Below, piece by piece: positions 18,001 to 27,135 of a DNA stretch of 64,000 nucleotides (its first letter is position 1; the number at the start of each line of letters is the position of its first letter). The notes under the pieces are model-generated. The model worked only from the letters and a program-made list of their open reading frames with translations. It was not told the origin of the DNA and made no database searches. This DNA comes from a virus. A program made the translations under genes and the position numbers. Where the stretch lies: IMG/VR virus record IMGVR_UViG_3300034068_000286, positions 22,544 to 86,543 of that record, one strand, 5' to 3'.

Positions 18001-18759
18001 TTATCGAATGTTAGTATTGTTGTTCAATGGATTGGCCGTTTGTGTGCCAGTTCCAACATTGATAGCTTGGTTAGTAGCCTGAATGCCTTGCGCTAGTGAG
18101 TAAATAGCGTGGTACAACTGGCCATACTGTTGCTGTTGCTGAGTTTGTTGTTGCATCTGATTGATGTTATTAGTTGTAGTAACTTCAACACCACGAGTAC
18201 GCTCGGCATTATCAAAGCGATTCTGCAAAGCAATAACTGCGGCATTAGCATCAGATAGTTGACGATTCAACATTGCTTCGTATTGTGATGTAATCAATGC
18301 ACGAGTTTTGTCACCGTCATCATAAACTGCACGTTGTGTTTCATTAGCTGTTGTCATCAAGTTAGTATTGATGGTGTTCAACTGTTGTGCAAGTACCATT
18401 GCATTTGCATTAACTGCTTCTCTTGTGCCGTCAATACGAGCTGCCAAACTGCCTGTGACATTGTTCAATTGTGATGTGATAGCCGCTGATTGGTTAGCTT
18501 GACTGCCTTCCATTGCCGCTGTGCCAACTGCCACTGCTTTGTCAACTGCTCCAACGCTGGCCATCAAGTCCATGTTAGCTTGAACTTGCTCAGGTGGACT
18601 GCGTAAAACTGCTCCGCCTGCACCATCGTTGCCTAATAGATTGCCGTTGTTACGTAGTAATGATCCTAAAATCAAACCACCAATCAGGCCACCGCCTACG
18701 CCCATGCCACCGCCGCCAAGGATGTCGCCACCGCCTGTTACTGTAGATAAATCTGCCAT
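18001..18759 (-). CDS. Gly-rich N-terminus / coiled-coil / Gln-Asn-rich protein
   Basis: GGGLIGGLILGSLL hydrophobic segment, long heptad region, QQQ tail; AGGAG RBS. Confidence 0.75.
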   Translation of the reverse strand: MADLSTVTGGGDILGGGGMGVGGGLIGGLILGSLLRNNGNLLGNDGAGGAVLRSPPEQVQANMDLMASVGAVDKAVAVGTAAMEGSQANQSAAITSQLNNVTGSLAARIDGTREAVNANAMVLAQQLNTINTNLMTTANETQRAVYDDGDKTRALITSQYEAMLNRQLSDANAAVIALQNRFDNAERTRGVEVTTTNNINQMQQQTQQQQQYGQLYHAIYSLAQGIQATNQAINVGTGTQTANPLNNNTNIR

Positions 18760-18854
18760 TTTTTAATTTCTCCTATTTAAATATGAGACTTAGAAGTTCT
18801 CATATCTACTTAGGGGGAAATCTTAATAGTAATGGTAGCTTTTAGTATTACGGT

Positions 18855-18866
18855 ATACTCCAGTAC
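18855..18866. promoter_or_regulatory. Putative LuxR/NarL-type operator
   Basis: ATACTCCAGTAC, 11/12 identical to the palindrome at 19650-19661. Confidence 0.5.
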
Positions 18867-18875
18867 TAGAAAAAG

Positions 18876-19580
18876 TTATGCTCGCAATCCAAATTCTGAA
18901 CCAGACAATGCCAATTGTGTTCTGTTGCGTACCTTGTATGCTTTTAGGATTGCGCTGATATGGACCTTGACTGTACTTTCACTTATGTTTAATATTTGTG
19001 CTATCTTTTTATTACTCAATCCGCGTTTACACACTAGGTCAAAAATTTCGGTTTGTCTATTTGTCAATGCAATTTCATCTTTGGCATTTTTTGTTTTTAT
19101 TACAGCGCCTGGTAACTGATCTAAAATATGTTTAGGCCAATATGATATTTGATTAACCAGCATTGTCAGGCCCTGAGTCATTTCACTTATTCCAAATGAT
19201 TCAGCCGATGGCACTATTCCTACCAATGACGTTCGTTTTAAATCCCTTATCACCGCATATGGTGTTTCCTTATCTATACTAACGCCAATGGGAATCGTTC
19301 TTCCTGGTGTGGTAAATTTGATAAGTGTTTCAAGCATTGACACAAATTCAAAAATAGTAGTACCCTCTTGCACAAGCATACCAATATGAAATATAATTTG
19401 AGATGGCTCTGAACTTAACACATCACTGAGATCCTTCCAGTGACCACAAAACTTGGTTTTAAATACAGCATCTTCTCTTGTTAGTAGTGCCAGAGTTGTT
19501 GCTGGTATTTGTGTTTCCCAGTCTTTACGAAAATAAACACTTACTGGTTTATGATTTAAATTTGGTATTACGTTTGACAT
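18876..19580 (-). CDS. LuxR/NarL-family transcriptional regulator with degenerate receiver domain
   Basis: LTNRQTEIF.L...GLSNKKIA..LNISESTVKVHISAIL....VRNRTQ. Confidence 0.9.
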   Translation of the reverse strand: MSNVIPNLNHKPVSVYFRKDWETQIPATTLALLTREDAVFKTKFCGHWKDLSDVLSSEPSQIIFHIGMLVQEGTTIFEFVSMLETLIKFTTPGRTIPIGVSIDKETPYAVIRDLKRTSLVGIVPSAESFGISEMTQGLTMLVNQISYWPKHILDQLPGAVIKTKNAKDEIALTNRQTEIFDLVCKRGLSNKKIAQILNISESTVKVHISAILKAYKVRNRTQLALSGSEFGLRA

Positions 19581-19638
19581 TGTTATGCTTTCTTGTACCA
19601 ATACTTAAAAGCATATAAGCATAATAGTGGTAAGCAAT

Positions 19639-19661
19639 AGTACTAGATAGTACTCCAGTAC
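19639..19661. promoter_or_regulatory. Putative LuxR/NarL-type operator upstream of the regulator
   Basis: Palindrome GTACT-CC-AGTAC (19650-19661) plus AGTACT at 19639. Confidence 0.5.
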
Positions 19662-19676
19662 GATATGATCAGCCAT

Positions 19677-19700
19677 AAAAAACGCACCCTAGGTGCGTTG
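19677..19700 (-). terminator. Intrinsic terminator insulating the LuxR module
   Basis: AACGCACC/GGTGCGTT stem plus U tract. Confidence 0.8.
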
Positions 19701-19719
19701 TAATTTAAGAAAGACTAGA

Positions 19720-19944
19720 TCAACCCCAGTCTTTTTTATCGCCGTTGGCTTCGTTATCACGATAGCCTGCGGTGTAAGCCGCAAGCTCTGCCGGCGTCAT
19801 TTGATCCATGTCAACACGACGGCTTCTATGAGTGTCACCTGCAAAGTAATGAGGCCAGTAATCACGACCATAATATGAATCGGCTGTACCGCGATCGTAA
19901 GGGCCACCATGACGTTGATCGTAAGTTGTAGTTTCTTTAATCAT
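19720..19944 (-). CDS. Conserved phage hypothetical protein
   Basis: HGGPYDRG.ADSYY.R; AAGGAG RBS. Confidence 0.75.
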   Translation of the reverse strand: MIKETTTYDQRHGGPYDRGTADSYYGRDYWPHYFAGDTHRSRRVDMDQMTPAELAAYTAGYRDNEANGDKKDWG

Positions 19945-19954
19945 TTGTTTCTCC

Positions 19955-20158
19955 TTAAACAGTTGACACTTGTGGATGGAATTCAATACGGAAACCTAAC
20001 CTAGTAGGATAGAGTTCGTATTGTAGTTCTCGGACTTCACGCTTCATTTCAGCTGAGTCACGATGTTGCCAAACAGAGGTACTAAAAAGTCTTTCGCCAG
20101 TTTTAGTACGCCTGTCTGTTTTGTAGATGTACATGGTATGAATCTGTTTCATAATCAT
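19955..20158 (-). CDS. Hypothetical protein
   Basis: 67 aa; AAGGAG RBS. Confidence 0.65.
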   Translation of the reverse strand: MIMKQIHTMYIYKTDRRTKTGERLFSTSVWQHRDSAEMKREVRELQYELYPTRLGFRIEFHPQVSTV

Positions 20159-20162
20159 CTCC

Positions 20163-20489
20163 TTATAGTGTATTTAGAGTGGGCTTCAATAATGCAGTCA
20201 GTTCACGCTCACGAGCATGAGCCGCTGTCTTGCCACGCACCACTTCCAACAAGTAAGGAGTGAAACCTTCACGTCCATATGTACGAAGTGCTTCGCACAG
20301 GTTCCAGTTCTTGCTTTCTGTATTGGCACGGCTCAAATGACGGTTAAAACGTCCACGCACAGAGCTCAATGCAGAGCCATCAACTACAGTGATACCAATG
20401 TAGCTGTCACCTGTAACTTCGCAAAACAATTCGTAAATTGCGTGGTTACGGTCTGTACGTCTTTTGCGGGATACTGTTTTGCTGTTCAT
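20163..20489 (-). CDS. GIY-YIG nuclease family protein
   Basis: AIY...SYIGIT...RF.RH...ERE...LN; probably leaderless. Confidence 0.8.
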   Translation of the reverse strand: MNSKTVSRKRRTDRNHAIYELFCEVTGDSYIGITVVDGSALSSVRGRFNRHLSRANTESKNWNLCEALRTYGREGFTPYLLEVVRGKTAAHARERELTALLKPTLNTL

Positions 20490-20495
20490 GTGTTT

Positions 20496-20582
20496 ATTAT
20501 AACGCACTTTGAGCCAGACGTCAACCGTTTTCTGGGCTTTTGAGCCAGATTTCTGAGCCTATTTTTGTTGTATTTTAGCAAC
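20496..20582 (-). promoter_or_regulatory. Sigma70 early promoter with GTTG-N8-CAAC palindrome
   Basis: TTGACG-N17-TATAAT (20524-20496); palindrome 20567-20582. Confidence 0.8.
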
Positions 20583-20610
20583 AAACTAGATTATCGATAA
20601 TATTATATGG

Positions 20611-20680
20611 AATTATTATCAATTATTATCAATTATTATCAATTATTATCAATTATTATCAATTATTATCAATTATTATC
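20611..20680. repeat. Perfect tandem repeat (AATTATTATC)x7
   Basis: Seven exact 10-bp units. Confidence 0.95.
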
Positions 20681-21737
20681 GATTATCGGGGAAATAATCT
20701 TCCATTGTACCTTCTCTGTGTAAATCAGTAGTGATACAATGTAATCCACCATCCCAGAAATAACGATGTCTAAAATTGCAAATATGTGGAGTAATATTAT
20801 ATCTACCGAATGCATCAAATACTGTTTTATTATATCCATTAACGATTACATTATGTTTGTCAATAACCAGCATATTAACATCAAACACACTTTCTTCAAC
20901 ATAACCTACCCAATGACTCATCCACTTCTCAACGTAGCTGGTAAAGTCATCATTTAGTTCTTGTCCAGGAACCCACCACTTGCCTTCATTTTTGTATTTC
21001 ATTTGAAGGAACGGATCTACTTTATTCATCTCACCAGTTAGTGCAACTACCTCCCAGCCAGGAAATGTTTTCCCATATTGTAAAGGTTCTTGATTAGATA
21101 TTATCAATCCTGGTACCACAGGACAAAATGTACCATCAGTGTGTCCCTGAGTATCTATATTGTGAACACGATAATCGGGCAATTTGTCTTGTAATTCGTT
21201 TGATACTCTTGCCAGATCTTCAGCGGTGTTGTTGAATTCGAATCTACCCGGCGTCCCAACTATTAAGTCTCGACCAATACGACTAATCATTGCGGCATTT
21301 AAAAAATGCCATGTATCCAACTTAGGTTCACTTGAACCATAATCTGGCCCTCGTTCTGTAGTATTGCCCTGAGCTTGTACTAAATCTACTATGGGTTCAT
21401 TGGTTGCAGGTACGCCTCGCCAGTAAAACTTATCGCCTAACATGGCACAGTAATCTCTAGGTTGCATTTCACTTGGTCGCGGAATAAATGTATTGGTTTC
21501 AATACCTCGTTGTGATTCTGCAATCCGTTCGGTCATGTCAGGTCTAACTGTTTGCACACCAAAACTATGTAATAGATTAATTAGTTTTTGATAGTCTTCT
21601 TCAGTTTCTTCTGCTATTTGATAAAATACCTTGCGAACCTTTTCGTTCTTGATATAATCATAAAGTTCTGGGGGATACGATTTTCCCACTGCACAGACTT
21701 TGAGTCTGTCCCAATGTTGATAAACTGAATATGTCAT
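20676..21737 (-). CDS. Amidinotransferase (glycine/inosamine amidinotransferase-like)
   Basis: PRD, H.DG, FDVNML, GGLHCITTDLHREG. Confidence 0.85.
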   Translation of the reverse strand: MTYSVYQHWDRLKVCAVGKSYPPELYDYIKNEKVRKVFYQIAEETEEDYQKLINLLHSFGVQTVRPDMTERIAESQRGIETNTFIPRPSEMQPRDYCAMLGDKFYWRGVPATNEPIVDLVQAQGNTTERGPDYGSSEPKLDTWHFLNAAMISRIGRDLIVGTPGRFEFNNTAEDLARVSNELQDKLPDYRVHNIDTQGHTDGTFCPVVPGLIISNQEPLQYGKTFPGWEVVALTGEMNKVDPFLQMKYKNEGKWWVPGQELNDDFTSYVEKWMSHWVGYVEESVFDVNMLVIDKHNVIVNGYNKTVFDAFGRYNITPHICNFRHRYFWDGGLHCITTDLHREGTMEDYFPDNR

Positions 21738-22066
21738 AGTGCGTCTGGCCAATCTCTAAAAAGTGCATGTTGTATATTGCCGCTTACAAACTGATTGAAA
21801 CTCTTGTGCTTGACTTCCAATTCACCTTCTAGCGGTGCTACTCGTTGGAATGCAGTATCCATTTGAGCCATGCCTGTAAACTCCATCATGACGTGCCATT
21901 CGGGCATGTCTGCGATGCTACGAAATCCCATCTTACATCTAGTAATACGATATGATTCCATTTTCTTTTCTGCAACAAGATGATCTAAAAAAGACTTCAT
22001 GTTGTTGACCCATTCAAGGTCTGGTATGTTTTCTGTTTTGTCACACCATATGTGGTAAATGTCCAT
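21734..22066 (-). CDS. Hypothetical protein (DUF6614-like)
   Basis: YHIWCD...YRITRCKMGF...EWHVMMEF...ALFRDWPD. Confidence 0.65.
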   Translation of the reverse strand: MDIYHIWCDKTENIPDLEWVNNMKSFLDHLVAEKKMESYRITRCKMGFRSIADMPEWHVMMEFTGMAQMDTAFQRVAPLEGELEVKHKSFNQFVSGNIQHALFRDWPDAL

Positions 22067-22490
22067 TAAAAGGTCCTAATAGTTCAAAGCCCTGCATACT
22101 CAGCATGTAGGGTTCTACTGATTCAAAATACATAAATTCATAGCCTCGATCTCTGTACAAGGCACATTCATTTTCTAAACTCCGTAAACCTATTCTTAAC
22201 TTGGGATTACTATAGTCCCAGGCATGATGATCTATAACAATACTTTTGCTGTCCCAAATACGATACATGCTCCAGGCTATCAATTTGTTTTGATCGTAAT
22301 AACCAAGCACTTCAGTCCCTGGTATTGTGAATCGGCCAGGTACTAGTGGCATGACACTTTTAAAGTTTTTATATAAACAATATGTTTCATATACCTGGTT
22401 TATTTCATCAATTGGTACAGGATTTAGCAAGTGTGCATCTAGTATAATATTGTATGTGGTTTTTGTTAAATCTAAGCGTCCAAATTTCAT
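22041..22490 (-). CDS. GNAT-fold protein resembling arginyl-tRNA-protein transferase C-terminal domain
   Basis: YYD..KLIAWS...WDY..PKLRIG..SL..E.......GY...Y. Confidence 0.55.
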   Translation of the reverse strand: MKFGRLDLTKTTYNIILDAHLLNPVPIDEINQVYETYCLYKNFKSVMPLVPGRFTIPGTEVLGYYDQNKLIAWSMYRIWDSKSIVIDHHAWDYSNPKLRIGLRSLENECALYRDRGYEFMYFESVEPYMLSMQGFELLGPFNGHLPHMV

Positions 22491-22494
22491 GCGT

Positions 22495-22986
22495 CTATTT
22501 ATATCGCCATGAAACTACTGAATCTAAATCTTCTTTAGTCCAAGAATTATAGTAACCTTTTTCACGTAGTTGGTCACTTGCGTTGTTTAGCTTATCTAGC
22601 TTCTGAATAATCAGCAACCCACAATGGCCAAAGTTCATACACACACCATTGATGTATTCAGGTGTCCATGGATGATCTTCTAATATAACATAGTTTGCTG
22701 GAATTAACGTCTTGTTCATTCCTTCAACATATTCTTGAAGTTCAACTGGATTAATGTTATTGTGGTCAAAGCATACCACTACCACCTCTTTAGAAGCTAA
22801 CAAGTCAACTGATTCATGTACCGCTTGTGTTAACTCTGCAATATCAGCAAATTTAATACTGATATTGTTGTTGACTCTGGCTTGTCTAGCATACGGACAA
22901 GGAGCCCAGTCACCTAACTTAGGATTTGGCGATTCAATAAACTCGGTCATCCATTTTGTTAGTTTTGCTATAATATCATTATGCAT
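22495..22986 (-). CDS. DUF1415-like protein
   Basis: W...FI.......PCPYA motif. Confidence 0.55.
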   Translation of the reverse strand: MHNDIIAKLTKWMTEFIESPNPKLGDWAPCPYARQARVNNNISIKFADIAELTQAVHESVDLLASKEVVVVCFDHNNINPVELQEYVEGMNKTLIPANYVILEDHPWTPEYINGVCMNFGHCGLLIIQKLDKLNNASDQLREKGYYNSWTKEDLDSVVSWRYK

Positions 22987-24472
22987 TGTTTAAATGTTTA
23001 CCTGTGATCAAATTATAATTATAACTGGCTCGTGCCATTGAGTTTTCTACAGACTTCTCATTGAGATTGGTCTGATTAAATGGCATATTTTCTACAATAT
23101 ATTCTGGTATGTCATGAAACCAAGCACTTGCAACTTCCCAGCCGCCAATTTTTATATGATGTCTAGCAGACTCAATGCATTTGTTAGAAATTTCTTGTGC
23201 CTTATTTGCAGTCATTCCAGAGGTATGCACCCAATCCAATGACCGTGTGTTGTATGCTAATTCTTTAGTGGTATACCCATAAGATTTTGGGTCCTTTTCA
23301 AACAAGCTGTATGGAACTTCACCCTTTGCTGTTCGGTGCATTCCAAGTGCATTGAAATTCCAACTTCTGAATAGACGATTCTTGTTTTCAATTAAGTAAT
23401 CACTCCATTTATAAATTTCTTCTTCAGTGTCACCTGGTAGTCCAGCAATCAAACTGGCATGCATTTTAACACCATTCTCATTGAGAGTTTGTGCAATTTC
23501 AAGCACCCGGTCAACTGCGATGCCTTTTCCGACTATCTGTCTAGATTCTTTTCGCATAGATTCAAGGCCAATAAATCCACCCTTAATACCCAAGTCAAGT
23601 AACATAGAAAGCATGTTGGGTTTGGTAATAATTAGTTCAGGCCTAATATAACCCACAAATTCAAAATTTGATAATTTAGCAATTTCAATTGCTCGTTTAA
23701 CTATATCTAGTTTTTCGTAGCTGTCGTTAAATGTGTCATCAGATATCATGTATCGGTAGGTACCAAACAATTCATAATTTCTTTTAAGTTCGCGACCAAT
23801 GCTTTCTGCTGTTCGTATATAATCGTATGACTTTTTACCCAGGAATGGATGTGTGCAAAATGCACATTTAAAAATACATCCCCTGCTTATTTCAATAGGT
23901 AAAGGTTGATGAGATAAGAATCCATCTTCTTCCTTAAAGACTGTTTCAATTTCGTCTACATTTATTACTGGATAATCTCTGTCAGCTGATACTATTTTAA
24001 TTTCGCCTGAATTGGGACCTGGAATACCGTGTGCATCTGTTATATAAATCAAATCTGACGTTTTTCCGTAGAGATAATCAACAAGCTTGACAAATGCAAT
24101 ATCACTAAACCCACTAACAAACCAGTCGCAATAGTTATATAACAATGCCGGTGGGGTAGTACTAGTGCCTCCAACCACAATTGTTATATCTGGAAAGAGT
24201 CTCCTAAATCTTCTAAAAAAAGAAAGATCCTGTGCCCACTTATTGGTTGGGAAATGATACCAGGCAGCACTGATACCTAATATTTTTGTTTCCGTTGTAA
24301 CAAGTGTTGACAGCAGTTCAATCATTTGATCCTGATTAAGTGCCCATGCGTAGTCAATGATTTTTAGCGAATATCCTGCATTTTCAAATGCTGTTCTTAA
24401 TCTAAAAGAGCCAATTGCTCTACCTACTCGATCAAACGTGATACCACCAATCAGTATTACGTTATAACCCAT
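22979..24472 (-). CDS. B12-binding radical SAM protein
   Basis: VVGG, SRGCIFKCAFC, DDTFND, GLES, I.GLPGD. Confidence 0.88.
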   Translation of the reverse strand: MGYNVILIGGITFDRVGRAIGSFRLRTAFENAGYSLKIIDYAWALNQDQMIELLSTLVTTETKILGISAAWYHFPTNKWAQDLSFFRRFRRLFPDITIVVGGTSTTPPALLYNYCDWFVSGFSDIAFVKLVDYLYGKTSDLIYITDAHGIPGPNSGEIKIVSADRDYPVINVDEIETVFKEEDGFLSHQPLPIEISRGCIFKCAFCTHPFLGKKSYDYIRTAESIGRELKRNYELFGTYRYMISDDTFNDSYEKLDIVKRAIEIAKLSNFEFVGYIRPELIITKPNMLSMLLDLGIKGGFIGLESMRKESRQIVGKGIAVDRVLEIAQTLNENGVKMHASLIAGLPGDTEEEIYKWSDYLIENKNRLFRSWNFNALGMHRTAKGEVPYSLFEKDPKSYGYTTKELAYNTRSLDWVHTSGMTANKAQEISNKCIESARHHIKIGGWEVASAWFHDIPEYIVENMPFNQTNLNEKSVENSMARASYNYNLITGKHLNNA

Positions 24473-24762
24473 TATCGTCCATAGCCGCGTCGATATGCTT
24501 CTGCTTCTCGCTTGCGTTGTTCTTCGTAGTGGCGCTGACGTGTACCACGTTCACATGCGGCTCTTTCGCTGTGCAGTTGATATTGAGTGCAGGTGCTGTT
24601 TACAATAATCACTTGCTCGTGTGTTACCACTCTGTGCTGTGGCTGTGCCATTGCATTGCCAATGATAAGTCCAGTGGTGCCTGCAAGTACTGCTGTACCT
24701 GTTCTACTTGCACAACCTGTTAGAGCCAAGGTCGCTACGATTGCAATTAAAAGTTTTTTCAT
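24472..24762 (-). CDS. Lipoprotein with glycine zipper
   Basis: Signal peptide with LTGC lipobox. Confidence 0.75.
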   Translation of the reverse strand: MKKLLIAIVATLALTGCASRTGTAVLAGTTGLIIGNAMAQPQHRVVTHEQVIIVNSTCTQYQLHSERAACERGTRQRHYEEQRKREAEAYRRGYGR

Positions 24763-24782
24763 TATAAACTCCTTTGAAATAT

Positions 24783-25175
24783 TTATCGACGCATTGTTGA
24801 AATTGCTATGGCTTCTTCATCGCTGAAAATAGGAACAGCATTTGACTTGTGCATAGTGCCAATACCTTTAACCTTGGTACCTGTGTACTGCGGTGATGCT
24901 CGGTATGTTCCGGCACCAGTTTCGCCTGTGTTACGAGATGGGATATGTGCAGACGTTCTACCTGCTGGTGCGCCAAGATTATACACCAACGGCTCAGCAC
25001 TCATTGCTCGCCGGCGTTTACGTTCTTCTTGCTCTACGCCCTGACGCTTTAGTAAGTCATTCCAAGATTCTTCCAATTCTTCTGCCTTTCGTTTAGCTTC
25101 AGATGAGGCAAATTTCTTTTTGCCTCGCATCTTGCCTGTTGTACTAAGCCACGGACCTTCCATATGCATCGACAT
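24783..25175 (-). CDS. Conserved phage hypothetical protein
   Basis: YTG...GIGTMHKSNAVPIF; promoter TTGACA-N17-TATAAT at 25237-25209. Confidence 0.8.
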   Translation of the reverse strand: MSMHMEGPWLSTTGKMRGKKKFASSEAKRKAEELEESWNDLLKRQGVEQEERKRRRAMSAEPLVYNLGAPAGRTSAHIPSRNTGETGAGTYRASPQYTGTKVKGIGTMHKSNAVPIFSDEEAIAISTMRR

Positions 25176-25275
25176 ATTAGCCTTTCAAAGTTGCTTGCTC
25201 ATTGTGTTATTATAGCGTATAATTAAGTACTTGTCAAATTTCTTGATAAGTATAGTTTTATCCTGAACCACTTTT

Positions 25276-25833
25276 ATGATCCACGATTCACAATATCCAG
25301 CTTTACTACTAAATGCTGACTTTCAACCGGTCCACATGCATCCTTTGAGTACTATCTCTTGGCAGGATGCAATTAAGTCTGTCTTTACGGACCGTGTAAA
25401 TGTTGTAGCTGAATACGATATAGAGGTCCATAGTGCTACACGAAGCTGGAGACTACCCAGTGTAGTGGCCCTAAAAGACTATGTCAAGCGAGACCAAACT
25501 CCTACATTCAGTCGTTACAATGTTTATCTTAGAGACCAGTTCACTTGTCAATATTGTGGTGGCGAATTTGAAGCCAAGCACTTGACATTTGATCACGTTA
25601 TCCCAAGAGCACATGGTGGTATCAGTTCGTGGCAAAATGTTGTTGCGGCATGTAGCCCTTGTAATCATCGCAAAGGGGCGAAGTTACCGCAGGAGGCTAA
25701 AATGTTTCCGTTAACAAAACCCGTGCCACCTAGTGCATGGGATTTGTATGCACGTGGTAAACGCAGGCCTCAAAGCAATCTCCATGAAACGTGGAGAGAT
25801 TATTTGTACTGGGATATTGAGTTAGATGCTTAG
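25276..25833 (+). CDS. HNH endonuclease (McrA-like)
   Basis: RD.FTCQYCG...TFDHVIPR..GG...W.NVV.AC..CN.RK. Confidence 0.92.
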   Translation: MIHDSQYPALLLNADFQPVHMHPLSTISWQDAIKSVFTDRVNVVAEYDIEVHSATRSWRLPSVVALKDYVKRDQTPTFSRYNVYLRDQFTCQYCGGEFEAKHLTFDHVIPRAHGGISSWQNVVAACSPCNHRKGAKLPQEAKMFPLTKPVPPSAWDLYARGKRRPQSNLHETWRDYLYWDIELDA

Positions 25834-26426
25834 TACTCGCCAGGAGCATCAACAAGGCCAATTGGGTTAATTCCTAGTTGCCTTGATTCTTGCCATTTGC
25901 TTTCGGGCATGATGTCCAAGATCAAGTGAGTTCTAAACTCTGTGCCTCTGTTGGTTGCACTATGAGTCACACGATTGTTTAGCTCATACAGATAGCCCAT
26001 TTCCATGTGATACTCTTCAGTTTTCCAAAGTTGTACACACTGGTCGTTGGTATAAATTGGCACATGCAAACGCACACAATTGTCATGGAACCACTGCGGA
26101 TCTTTATGCCAACCTAGTGTTACTCCTGGAAGTAGCGTAGCAACTTCACCACGAATCCATTTGTATCCTGCAAATCTAGGCAAGGTCAAGATCCAGTCTA
26201 ACAGTGGCTTACTTGCTCTTAGTATCTCTGTTTGTTCTGGTGTGTAGTTTTTATTGGGCTTGCTGATAGGGAACGGATATTCTACTAACTTACCATCAGA
26301 TAGGACTTTTTCAAACCGGTCATATGTTCCATTGCCCCAGTTTGCTTTTTTGCAGGCTTCAATGATTGGGTCTACTAGGCCAGCATCAATAGTTTCTACC
26401 ACACGATAATTTAATTCAAATAGCAT
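25830..26426 (-). CDS. 2OG-Fe(II) oxygenase, aspartyl/asparaginyl beta-hydroxylase-like
   Basis: HKD...RLHVPI...ELNN...HSA.N.G...R.HLI.D. Confidence 0.85.
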   Translation of the reverse strand: MLFELNYRVVETIDAGLVDPIIEACKKANWGNGTYDRFEKVLSDGKLVEYPFPISKPNKNYTPEQTEILRASKPLLDWILTLPRFAGYKWIRGEVATLLPGVTLGWHKDPQWFHDNCVRLHVPIYTNDQCVQLWKTEEYHMEMGYLYELNNRVTHSATNRGTEFRTHLILDIMPESKWQESRQLGINPIGLVDAPGEY

Positions 26427-26427
26427 A

Positions 26428-27135
26428 TTACCAATCCAGTATAGTTGGGATAGTTCTTTTATTGCGAGGGAGATATTCTCTCACTGGCCAAGTCTTAGCA
26501 TACGGCTGAACTGCACTTTTTAAAATGTCAATCAACATGATTATTCTAGGCTCTGTTCCTGTATGCTTTGTGCCATGGAATACATTACAATCATCAAAAC
26601 CAAACAACTCACCATCTACCCATTCGTGCCGTTCGTTTTCAATGTCAAATACACAACCTGTTGCTTGCTTTAGCACCAAGTGAAAACGAATATATTCATT
26701 TACCAATCCCCAGTGGTGATTCAGTTTACTTCCTGGCAATGAAATATTAAAAGTGACTGCGCCAAGTACTTCAATATTTTTATACATCCACTGTTGTATA
26801 AATGGCATATGGTGTATCCTTGCATCATTGAATGATATTTTGGCACCACCTGGTTGCTTCCAATTCTTCCAGTCCATTGACTTTGCTTCATGATGGTCAA
26901 CAAAATCTTCTCTAAGCATTATTGGCATGGCTTTAAAGTCACCAACGTATAATTCTTCGCCTGTTAGGTCAGTGATATAATTTGCCTTGATGCCTTTTAC
27001 TTCTGTTATTTTTTGCTTTACCCAATAAGTCTCTCTTACACATTGTTTGACAAACTCGTCACGAATTGTGGTCCAATTGTTGGTCAATGGATCTAGTAAT
27101 TTACAAGGATTAAAATATATGTAGTTACTTTCCAT
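26428..27135 (-). CDS. Aspartyl/asparaginyl beta-hydroxylase family
   Basis: PG...HHWG...RFHL...W.DG....FDD...H...R..M.ID. Confidence 0.85.
   Translation of the reverse strand: MESNYIYFNPCKLLDPLTNNWTTIRDEFVKQCVRETYWVKQKITEVKGIKANYITDLTGEELYVGDFKAMPIMLREDFVDHHEAKSMDWKNWKQPGGAKISFNDARIHHMPFIQQWMYKNIEVLGAVTFNISLPGSKLNHHWGLVNEYIRFHLVLKQATGCVFDIENERHEWVDGELFGFDDCNVFHGTKHTGTEPRIIMLIDILKSAVQPYAKTWPVREYLPRNKRTIPTILDW

Noticed and set aside
20611-20680. Possible CRISPR array
   Set aside because: Units are 10 bp, contiguous and have no spacers; no cas genes.
25276-25833. Intron-associated homing endonuclease
   Set aside because: Flanking genes are intact and unrelated, and no intron structure is visible; it looks like a free-standing HNH.
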